Assembly (NCBI GenBank): GCA_964016885.1
Contig: OZ024742.1
Coordinates: forward strand, 360,654,001 to 360,718,000
DNA length: 64,000 bases
Reading direction: 5' to 3'
DNA from: Eledone cirrhosa
Lineage: Eukaryota
Under the pieces are notes generated by a model that worked only from the letters and a program-made list of their open reading frames with translations, had not been told where the DNA came from and searched no databases. The position numbers were made by a program, and so were the translations under genes. Of this stretch, positions 47,501-59,900 are shown in pieces. Position 1 is the stretch's first letter; each line of letters begins with the position of its first letter.

Positions 47501-50500
47501 CAGTGTCTTTCATTAGATATATGGTAATGAAAGGGTTAATGATATAGACAGTGTCTTTCATTAGACATATGGTAATGAAAGGGTTAATGACATAGGTAGT
47601 GTCTTTCATTAGAAATATGGTAATGTAAGGATTAATAACATAGGTAATGTCTTTCATTAGAGATATGTTAATAAAGGTGTTAATGACATAGGTAGTGTCT
47701 TTCATTAGACATATGGTAATGAAAGGGTTAATGACATAGAAAGTGTCATTCATTAGAAATATGGTAATGCAAGTTTTAATGACATAGGTAGTTTCTTTCA
47801 TTAGATATATGGTAATGAAAGGGTTAATGACATAGGGAGTGTCTTTCATTAGAAATATGGTAATGAAGGGTTAATGACATAGGGAGTGTCTTTCATTAGA
47901 AATATGGTAATGTAAGGGTGAATGACATAGGTAGTGTCTTTCATTAGATATATGGTAATGAAAGGATTAATGACATTGGGAGTGTCTTTCATTAGAAATA
48001 TGGTAATGAAAGGGTTAATGACATAGGAAGTGTCTTTCATTAGATATATGGTAATGAAAGGGTTAATGACATAGACAGTGTCTCTCATTAGAAATATGGT
48101 AATGAAAGGGTTAATGACATAAACAGTGTCTTTCATTAGATATATGGTAATGAAAGGGTTAATGACATAGGTAATGTCTTTCATTAGAAATATGTTAATA
48201 AAAGGGTTAATGACATACAGTGTCTTTCATTAGAAATATGGTAATGAAAGGGTTAATGACATAGGTAGTATCTTTCATTAGATATATGGTAATGAAAGGG
48301 TTAATGACATACACAGTGTCTTTCATTAGAAATATGGTAATGAAAGGGTTAATGACATAGGTAGTATCTTTCATTAGATATATGGTAATGAAAGGATTAA
48401 TGACATAGACAGTGTCTTTCATTAGAAATATGGTAATGAAAGGGTTAATGACATAGGTAGTATCTTTCATTAGATATATGGTAATGAAAGGGTTAATGAC
48501 ATACACAGTGTCTTTCATTAGAAATATGGTAATGTAAGGGTTAATGACATAGGGAGTGTCTTTCATTAGAAATATACTAATGAAAGGGTTAATGACATAG
48601 GGAGTGTCTTTCATTAGAGATATGTTAATAAAGGTGTTAATGACATAGGTAGTGTCTTTCATTAGAAATATGGTAATGAAAGGGTTAATGACATAGGGAG
48701 TATGTTTCATCAGAAATATGGTAATGAAAGGGTTAATGACATAGGGAGTGTCTTTCATTAGAAATATGGTAATAAAAGGGTTAATGACATAGCCAGTGAC
48801 TTTCATTAGATATATGGTAATTAAATATTAATGACATAGACAGTGTCTTTCATTAGAAATATGGTAATGAAAAGGTTAATGACAGGTAGTGTCTTTCATT
48901 AGAAATATGGTAATGAAAGGGTTAATGACATAGACAGTGTCTTTCATTAGAAATATGGTAATGAAGGGTTAATGACATAAACATCGTCTTACATTAGAAA
49001 TATGGTAATGAAAGGGTTAATGACATAAACAGTGTCTTTCATTAGAAATATGGTAATAAAAAGGTTAATGACATAGGTAGTGTCTTTCATTAGATATATG
49101 GTAATGGAAGGGTTAATGACATAAACAGCCTCTTTCATTAGAAATATGGTAATGGAAGGGTTAATGACATAAACAGCGTCTTTCATTAGAAATATGGTAA
49201 TGAAAGGGTTAATGACATAGGTAGTGTCTTTCATTAGATATATGGTAATGAAAGGATTAATGACATAGGTAGTGTCTTTCATTAGATATATGGTAATAAA
49301 AGGGTTAATGACATAGCCAGTGTCTTTCATTAGATATATGGCAATGAAAGGGTTAATGACATAGGTAGTGTCTTTCATTAGAAATATGGTAATGAAAGGG
49401 TTAATGACATAGGTAGTGTCTTTCATTAGAAATATGGGAATGAAAGGGTTAATGACATAGGTAGTGTCTTTCATTAGATATATGGTAATGAAAGGGTTAA
49501 TGACATAAACAGCGTCTTTCATTAGAAACATGGTAATGAAAGGCTTAATGACATAAACAGTGTCTTTCATTAGAAATATGGTAATGAAAGGGTTAATGAC
49601 ATAGACAGTGTCTTTCATTAGAAATATGGTAATGGAAGGGTTAATGACATAAACAGCCTCTTTCATTAGAAATATGGTAATGAAAAGGTTAATCACATAG
49701 ACAGTGTCTTTCAGTAGAAATATGGTAATGAAAGGGTTAATGACATAGACAGTCTCTTTCATTAGAAATATGGTAATAAAAGGGTTAATGACATAGGTAG
49801 TGTCTTTCATTAGAAATATGGTAATGAAAGGATTAATGACATAGACATTGTCATTCATTAGAAATATGGTAATGAAAGTTTTAATGACATAGACAGTGTC
49901 TTTCATTAGATATATGGTAATGAAAGGGTTAATGACATAGGGAGTGTCTTTCATTAGAAATATGGTAATGACGGGTTAATGACATAGGGAGTGTCTTTCA
50001 TTAGAAATATGGTAATGTAAGGGTTAATGACATAGGTAGTGTCTTTCATTAGAAATGTGGTAATGAAACGGTTAATGACATAGGTTGTGTCTTTCATTAG
50101 AAATATGGTAATGAAAGGGTTAATGACATAGGTAGTATCTTTCATTAGATATATGGTAATGAAAGGGTTAATGACATAGGTAGTGTCTTTCATTAGATAT
50201 ATGGTAATGAAAGGGTTAATGACATAGGTAGTGTCTTTCATTAGAAATATGGTAATGTAAGGGTTAATGACATAGACAGTGTCTTTTCATTATAAATATG
50301 GTAATAAAGGGGTTAATGACATAGGTAGTGTCTTTCATTAGAAATATGGTAATGAAGGGTTAATGACATAAACAGCGTCTTTCATTAGAAATATGGTAAT
50401 GAAAGGGTTAATGACATAGGTAGTGTCTTTCATTAGATATATGGTAATGAAAGGATTAATGACATAGGTAGTGTCTTTCATTAGATATATGGTAATAAAA

Positions 50501-53500
50501 GGGTTAATGACATAGCCAGTGTCTTTCATTAGATATATGGCAATGAAAGGGTTAATGACATAGGTAGTGTCTTTCATTAGAAATATGGTAATGAAAGGGT
50601 TAATGACATAGGTAGTGTCTTTCATTAGAAATATGGGAATGAAAGGGTTAATGACATAGGTAGTGTCTTTCATTAGATATATGGTAATGAAAGGGTTAAT
50701 GACATAAACAGCGTCTTTCATTAGAAACATGGTAATGAAAGGCTTAATGACATAAACAGTGTCTTTCATTAGAAATATGGTAATGAAAGGGTTAATGACA
50801 TAGACAGTGTCTTTCATTAGAAATATGGTAATGGAAGGGTTAATGACATAAACAGCCTCTTTCATTAGAAATATGGTAATGAAAAGGTTAATCACATAGA
50901 CAGTGTCTTTCAGTAGAAATATGGTAATGAAAGGGTTAATGACATAGACAGTCTCTTTCATTAGAAATATGGTAATAAAAGGGTTAATGACATAGGTAGT
51001 GTCTTTCATTAGAAATATGGTAATGAAAGGATTAATGACATAGACATTGTCATTCATTAGAAATATGGTAATGAAAGTTTTAATGACATAGACAGTGTCT
51101 TTCATTAGATATATGGTAATGAAAGGGTTAATGACATAGGGAGTGTCTTTCATTAGAAATATGGTAATGACGGGTTAATGACATAGGGAGTGTCTTTCAT
51201 TAGAAATATGGTAATGTAAGGGTTAATGACATAGGTAGTGTCTTTCATTAGAAATGTGGTAATGAAACGGTTAATGACATAGGTTGTGTCTTTCATTAGA
51301 AATATGGTAATGAAAGGGTTAATGACATAGGGGAGTGTCTTTTATTATAAATATGGTAATAAAAGGGTTAATGACATAGGTAGTGTCTTTCATTAGATAT
51401 ATGGTAATGAAAGGGTTAATGACATAGTTAGTGTCTTTCATTAGATATATGGTAATGAAAGGATTAATGACATAGGGAGTGTCTTTCATTAGATATATGG
51501 TAATGAAAGGGTTAATGACATAGGTAGTGTCTTTCATTAGATATATGGTAATGAAAGGGTTAATGACATAGGTAGTGTCTTTCATTAGAAATATGGTAAT
51601 GTAAGGGTTAATGACATAGACAGTGTCTTTTCATTATAAATATGGTAATAAAGGGGTTAATGACATAGGTAGTGTCTTTCATTAGAAATATGGTAATGAA
51701 GGGTTAATGACATAAACAGCGTCTTTCATTAGAAATATGGTAATGAAAGGGTTAATGACATAGGTAGTGTCTTTCATTAGATATATGGTAATGAAAGGAT
51801 TAATGACATAGGTAGTGTCTTTCATTAGATATATGGTAATAAAAGGGTTAATGACATAGCCAGTGTCTTTCATTAGATATATGGCAATGAAAGGGTTAAT
51901 GACATAGGTAGTGTCTTTCATTAGAAATATGGTAATGAAAGGGTTAATGACATAGGTAGTGTCTTTCATTAGAAATATGGGAATGAAAGGGTTAATGACA
52001 TAGGTAGTGTCTTTCATTAGATATATGGTAATGAAAGGGTTAATGACATAAACAGCGTCTTTCATTAGAAACATGGTAATGAAAGGCTTAATGACATAAA
52101 CAGTGTCTTTCATTAGAAATATGGTAATGAAAGGGTTAATGACATAGACAGTGTCTTTCATTAGAAATATGGTAATGGAAGGGTTAATGACATAAACAGC
52201 CTCTTTCATTAGAAATATGGTAATGAAAAGGTTAATCACATAGACAGTGTCTTTCAGTAGAAATATGGTAATGAAAGGGTTAATGACATAGACAGTCTCT
52301 TTCATTAGAAATATGGTAATAAAAGGGTTAATGACATAGGTAGTGTCTTTCATTAGAAATATGGTAATGAAAGGATTAATGACATAGACATTGTCATTCA
52401 TTAGAAATATGGTAATGAAAGTTTTAATGACATAGACAGTGTCTTTCATTAGATATATGGTAATGAAAGGGTTAATGACATAGGGAGTGTCTTTCATTAG
52501 AAATATGGTAATGACGGGTTAATGACATAGGGAGTGTCTTTCATTAGAAATATGGTAATGTAAGGGTTAATGACATAGGTAGTGTCTTTCATTAGAAATG
52601 TGGTAATGAAACGGTTAATGACATAGGTTGTGTCTTTCATTAGAAATATGGTAATGAAAGGGTTAATGACATAGGTAGTGTCTTTCATTAGATATATGGT
52701 AATGAAAGGGTTAATGACATAGGTAGTGTCTTTCATTAGATATATGGTAATGAAAGGGTTAATGACATAGGTAGTGTCTTTCATTAGAAATATGGTAATG
52801 TAAGGGTTAATGACATAGACAGTGTCTTTTCATTATAAATATGGTAATAAAGGGGTTAATGACATAGGTAGTGTCTTTCATTAGAAATATGGTAATGAAG
52901 GGTTAATGACATAAACAGCGTCTTTCATTAGAAATATGGTAATGAAAGGGTTAATGACATAGGTAGTGTCTTTCATTAGATATATGGTAATGAAAGGATT
53001 AATGACATAGGTAGTGTCTTTCATTAGATATATGGTAATAAAAGGGTTAATGACATAGCCAGTGTCTTTCATTAGATATATGGCAATGAAAGGGTTAATG
53101 ACATAGGTAGTGTCTTTCATTAGAAATATGGTAATGAAAGGGTTAATGACATAGGTAGTGTCTTTCATTAGAAATATGGGAATGAAAGGGTTAATGACAT
53201 AGGTAGTGTCTTTCATTAGATATATGGTAATGAAAGGGTTAATGACATAAACAGCGTCTTTCATTAGAAACATGGTAATGAAAGGCTTAATGACATAAAC
53301 AGTGTCTTTCATTAGAAATATGGTAATGAAAGGGTTAATGACATAGACAGTGTCTTTCATTAGAAATATGGTAATGGAAGGGTTAATGACATAAACAGCC
53401 TCTTTCATTAGAAATATGGTAATGAAAAGGTTAATCACATAGACAGTGTCTTTCAGTAGAAATATGGTAATGAAAGGGTTAATGACATAGACAGTCTCTT

Positions 53501-55397
53501 TCATTAGAAATATGGTAATAAAAGGGTTAATGACATAGGTAGTGTCTTTCATTAGAAATATGGTAATGAAAGGATTAATGACATAGACATTGTCATTCAT
53601 TAGAAATATGGTAATGAAAGTTTTAATGACATAGACAGTGTCTTTCATTAGATATATGGTAATGAAAGGGTTAATGACATAGGGAGTGTCTTTCATTAGA
53701 AATATGGTAATGACGGGTTAATGACATAGGGAGTGTCTTTCATTAGAAATATGGTAATGTAAGGGTTAATGACATAGGTAGTGTCTTTCATTAGAAATGT
53801 GGTAATGAAACGGTTAATGACATAGGTTGTGTCTTTCATTAGAAATATGGTAATGAAAGGGTTAATGACATAGGGGAGTGTCTTTTATTATAAATATGGT
53901 AATAAAAGGGTTAATGACATAGGTAGTGTCTTTCATTAGATATATGGTAATGAAAGGGTTAATGACATAGTTAGTGTCTTTCATTAGATATATGGTAATG
54001 AAAGGATTAATGACATAGGGAGTGTCTTTCATTAGATATATGGTAATGAAAGGGTTAATGACATAGGTAGTGTCTTTCATTAGATATATGGTAATGAAAG
54101 GGTTAATGACATAGGTAGTGTCTTTCATTAGAAATATGGTAATGTAAGGGTTAATGACATAGACAGTGTCTTTTCATTATAAATATGGTAATAAAGGGGT
54201 TAATGACATAGGTAGTGTGTTTCATTAGAAATATGGTAATGAAGGGTTAATGACATAAACAGCGTCTTTCATTAGAAATATGGTAATGAAAGGGTTAATG
54301 ACATAGACTGTGTCTTTCATTAGAAATATGGTAATGAAAGTTTTAATGACATAGGTAGTGTCTTTCATGAGAAATATGGTAATGAAAGGGTTAATGACAT
54401 AGGTAGTGTCTTTCATTAGAAATATGGTAATGAAAGGGTTAATGACATAGGTAGTGTCTTTCATTAGAAATATGGTAATAAAAGGGTTAATGACATAGCC
54501 AGTGTCTTTCATTAGATATATGGCAATGAAAGGGTTAATGACATAGGTAGTGTCTTTCATTAGAAATATGGTAATAAAAGGTTTAATGACATAGGGAGTG
54601 TCTTTCATTAGAAATATGGTAATAAAAGGTTTAATGACATAGGGAGTGTCTTTCATTATAAATATGGTAATGAAAGGGTTAATGACATAGGGAGTGTCTT
54701 TCATTAGATATATGGTAATGAAAGGGTTAATGACATAGGTAGTGTCTTTCATTAGAAATATGGTAATGAAAGGGTTAATGACATAGGTAGTGTCTTTCAT
54801 TAGATATATGGTAATGAAAGGGTTAATGACATAAACAGCGTCTTTCATTAGAAACATGGTAATGAAAGGCTTAATGACATAAACAGTGTCTTTCATTAGA
54901 AATATGGTAATGAAAGGGTTAATGACATAGACAGTGTCTTTCATTAGAAATATGGTAATGAAGGGTTAATGACATAAACAGCGTCTTTCATTAGAAATAT
55001 GGTAATGAAAATGTTAATGACAGGTAGTGTCTTTCATTAGAAATATGGTAATGAAAGGGTTAATGACATAGGTAGTGTCTTTCATTAGATATATGGTAAT
55101 GAAAGGGTTAATGACATAGGGAGTGTCTTTTATTAGAAATATGGTAATGAAAGGGTTAATGACATAGGGAGTGTCTTTCATTAGAAATATGGTAATAAAA
55201 GGGTTAATGACAGCCAGTGTCTTTCATTAGATATATGGCAATGAAACGGTTAATGACATAGGTAGTGTCTTTCATTAGAAATATGGTAATGAAAGGGTTA
55301 ATGACACAGGCAGTGTCTTTCATTAGAAATATGGTAATGAAAGGGTTAATGACATAGGTAGTGTCTTTCATTAGAAATATGGTAATGAAAGGGTTAA
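35497..55397. repeat. 48-bp satellite, ~415 copies (TGACATANNNAGTGTCTTTCATTAGAWATATGGTAATGAAAGGGTTAA)
   Basis: Direct tandem repetition, with 16-aa periodicity of the minus-strand pseudo-ORFs. Contains higher-order repeats. Confidence 0.98.
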
Positions 55398-55553
55398 AGT
55401 GTTTATATTTATGTAGAAACATTCTATTATAATTTCATGTAAGAAACACCAGTTTAATAATGAGAACTTTTGTTATGACTAAATCCCTCCAAATTCTGTT
55501 TTCAAAATCCTAGGCAGTGTATTTCATTAGAAATATGGTAATGAGACGGTTAA
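55394..55553 (+). mobile_element. MITE family 1 right-hand part
   Basis: Starts at the internal TTAAAGTGTTTATATT motif and ends GGCAGTGTATTTCATTAGAAATATGGTAATGAGACGGTTAA. Confidence 0.7.
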
Positions 55554-56118
55554 AATTAGTAATCACCACACTAGTGTTTCTTTTTACTATTGGTTGTACA
55601 TAAACTGAAACAGAAGTCCAGAAAACTAGATCAGGATGACACATGGTTTCTGTGTTTGATAGAAGGCTTTACTGTTTAGAAGGACCCTACAACTGTGGGC
55701 TAGGGTGTAACAGCGTATGGCCCCTCCCAACAGTTACAGATGTCCATTGTTGTATTACTGTACAGGTATAGTCCATCATTCAGTCTTCCAGACACTGCTT
55801 CAACCGAATAGTAATACACAGGTATATCTGGTAATATAGTAGACATACTAATTGACTGGTCCAAAAGGTAATGACATAGGTATATTTAACTCTTAATGTC
55901 CTGTACCACATGAAACCACATTAACAAGACATTCTTGAAAAATATAAAATGGCACTATGAGTGGATCATATTGAAAATTAAATTCTTTACTTTAGATACT
56001 GGAAATGTTCACAGCAATCTATCCGATAGTAAAGATACTATAAGCATTTGAATTGACAAATCTGTTTTTAAATATTTTCTACTAAATCATTACAAGATGT
56101 TAATGAACAGCTCTGTTG

Positions 56119-56473
56119 TGAATACAAGCGGCCAAAATGGGGTTTACTCCGAATGGTTTTAAGAAGAACATTACTAAATAGAGTGCATGGCTCAGAGATA
56201 AGGGAATTGCTCCAGGTAGAGCATGGGGTTAGAATGTCTCAGGAAAGAATTTATGGGAAAACCCAACCGGCAGGAGACCCAGAGGTAGACCACAAGCAAG
56301 ATGGTTGGATAACATTTATGAGCTTGGCTGGTCTCACTTGGAAATCCAGCCGGATCAATTAAAGGCACTTGCTTCAGGACCTGCTGGCAGGAGTGTTTGA
56401 GGACTCTGCTCCCATGGTCCTCCCCGGGATAAGTGGCCAAAGAAGAAGTGACTACTACTACTACTACTACTAT

Positions 56474-56506
<33 letters not shown>

Positions 56507-56508
56507 CA
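56119..56508 (+). mobile_element. RTE-type LINE 3' region with a (CTA)n tail
   Basis: GAATACAAGCGG..ATAGAGTGCATGGCTC..GGCAGGAGACCCAGAGGTAGACC..GGATAAGTGG, homologous to 27534 and 30434. Confidence 0.85.
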
Positions 56509-56948
56509 TTCTGGGGCGAAGGGTCCGTGCATGCAATGTATGCAGTGCATGCATTATAGAATCTTGAGTTGATCAATTGCATCGGTTGAAGCAAGCAGAA
56601 TTTTGGCTGCTTACTAAACCGTAGACACATAAAAAGATAACACTCACACATACTAGATAACACTAAATGCGGCTTTGCCCGGGAGGATCATTTGGAGGGA
56701 AATAGGGGGGGGGGGGTAAGGGTGCACAGCCCCACTTTCCGCCATGGCAATTGGACTGCATGCCCTGCTTTCCAGGTTACCCTTCGGCACTGCTACCATT
56801 ACTGCTGCTACTATACTGCTGCTGCTACTACTGCTACTGGTACTACTACTATCGCTACTATTGACAACACTACTACCACTACTACTACTACCAATACTGC
56901 TGCTACTAATTATCTTTTTCGCCTTTTTTCATCTATTATTTTGCCGCG

Positions 56949-59900
56949 CCCCCACACACCATCTCTGAGACCCCACCAATGCCATCATCTCTAACATCCC
57001 TTCCCCCACACACCATCTCTGAGACCCCACAAATGCCTTCATCTCTAACACCTCTCCCCCCACACACCATCTCTGAGACCCCACCAATGCCATCATCTGT
57101 AACACCCCTCCCCCCACACACCATCTCTGAGACCCCACCAATGCCATCATCTCTAACACCCCTCCCCCCACACACCATTTCTGAGACCCCACCAATGCCA
57201 TCATCTGTAACACCCCTCAGCCCACACAGCATCTCTGAGACCCCACCAATGCCATCATCTCTAACACCTCTCCCCCCACACAGCATCTCTGAGACCCCAC
57301 CAATGCCATCATCTCTAACACCTCTCCCCCCCACACACCATCTCTGAGACCCCACCAATGTCATCATCTGTAACACCTCTCCCCCCCACACACCATCTCT
57401 GAGACCCCACCAATGCCATCATCTCTAACACCCCTCCCCCCACACACACCATCTCTGAGACCCCACAAATGCCATCATCTCTAACACCTCTCCCCCCACA
57501 CATCATCTCTGAGACCCCACCAATGCCATCATCTCTAACACCCCTCCCCCCACACACCATTTCTGAGACCCCACCAATGCCATCACCTGTAACACCCCTC
57601 CGCCTACACCATCTCTGAGACCCCACCAATGCCATCATCTGTAACACCCCTCCCCCCACACACCATCTCTGAGACCCCACAAATGCCATCATCTCTAACA
57701 CCCCTCCGCCTACACCATCTCTGAGAACCCCACCAATGCCATCATCTGTAACACCCCTCAGCCCACACAGCATCTCTGAGACCCCACCAATGCCATCATC
57801 TCTAACACCCCTCCGCCCACACAGCATCTCTGAGACCCCACCAATGCCATCATCTCTAACACCTCTCCCCCCCACACACCATCTCTGAGACCCCACCAAT
57901 GCCATCATCTGTAACACCTCTCCCCCCTACACACCATCTCTGAGACCCCACAAATGCCATCATCTGTAACACCTCTCCCCCCACACAGCATCTCTGAGAC
58001 CCCACCAATGCCATCATCTCTAACACCTCTCCCCCCTCACACCATCTGAGACCCCACCAATGCCATCATCTCTAACACCTCTCCCCCCTCACACCATCTC
58101 TGAGACCCCACCAATGCCATCATCTCTAACACCTCTCCCCCCTCACACCATCTCTGAGACCCCACCAATGCCATCATCTCTAACACCCCTCCCCTCTACA
58201 CACCATCTCTGAGACCCCACCAATGCCATCATCTCTAACACCCCTCCCCCCACACACCATCTCTGAGACCCCACCAATGCCATCATCTGTAACACCTCCC
58301 TCCCCCCACACACCATCTCTGAGACCCCACCAATGCCATCATCTGTAACACCCCTCCCCCCACACACCATCTCTGAGACCCCACCAATGCCATCATCTCT
58401 AACACCTCTCCCCCCACACAGCATCTCTGAGACCCCACCAATGCCATCATCTCTAACACCTCTCCCCCCTCACACCATCTCTGAGACCACACCAATGCCA
58501 TCATCTCTAACACCTCTTCCCCCACACACCATCTCTGAGACCCCACCAATGCCATCATCTCTAACACCTCTCCCCCCACACACCATCTCTGAGACCCCAC
58601 CAATGCCATCATCTGTAACACCCCTCCCCCCACACACCATCTCTGAGACCCCACCAATGCCATCATCTCTAACACCCCTCCCCCCACACACCATCTCTGA
58701 GACCCCACCAATGCCATCATCTCTTACACCCCTCCCACCACACACCATCTCTGAGACCCCACCAATGCCATCATCTGTAACACCCCTCCCCCCACACACC
58801 ATCTCTGAGACCCCACCAATGCCATCATCTCTAACACACCTCCCCCCACACACCATCTCTGAGACCCCACCAATGCCATCATCTCTAACACCTCTCCCCC
58901 CCACACACCATCTCTGAGACCCCACCAATGCCATCATCTCTAACACCCTTCCCCCCACACACCATCTCTGAGACCCCACCAATGCCATCATCTCTTACAC
59001 CCCTCCCACCACACACCATCTCTGAGACCCCACCAATGCCATCATCTCTAACACCCTTCCCTCCACACACCATCTCTGAGACCCCATCAATGCCATCATC
59101 TCTTACACCCCTCCCACCACACACCATCTCTGAGACCCCACCAATGCCATCATCTCTAACACCTCTCCCCCCTACACACCATCTCTGAGACCCCACCAAT
59201 GCCATCATCTCTAACACCCCCCGCCTCCACACACCATCTCTGAGACCCCACCAATGCCATCATCTCTAACACCCCTCCCCCCTACACATCATCTCTGAGA
59301 CCCCACCAATGCCATCATCTCTAACACCTCCCGCCTCCACACACCATCTCTGAGACCCCACCAATGCCATCATCTTTAACACCTCTCCCCCCACACACCA
59401 TCTCTGAGACCCCACCAATGCCATCATCTCTAACACCTCTCCCCCCTACACACCATCTCTGAGACCCCACCAATGCCATCATCTCTAACACCCCCCGCCT
59501 CCACACACCATCTCTGAGACCCCACCAATGCCATCATCTCTAACACCTCTCCCCCCTACACATCATCTCTGAGACCCCACCAATGCCATCATCTCTAACA
59601 CCCCCCGCCTCCACACACCATCTCTGAGACCCCACCAATGCCATCATCTCTAACACCTCTCCCCCCACACACCATCTCTGAGACCCCACCAATGCCATCA
59701 TCTCTAACACCTCTCCCCCCACACACCATCTCTGAGACCCCACCAATGCCATCATCTCTAACACCCCCCGCCTCCACACACCATCTCTGAGACCCCACCA
59801 ATGCCTTCATCTCTAACACCTCTCCCCCCACACACCATCTCTGAGACCCCACCAATGCCATCATCTCTAACACCTCTCCCCCCTCACACCATCTCTGAGA

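Noticed and set aside
35396-55422. Many long minus-strand ORFs (MKDTxYVINPFITIFL)n
   Set aside because: A 48-bp unit that lacks a stop in one frame produces them. They are broken by frequent 1-2-bp indels and stops, and show no codon-position bias or unique domains.
56660-56700. CGFxPGxS-like LINE RT motif
   Set aside because: It is only ~8 codons, needs a frameshift and has no flanking RT similarity.
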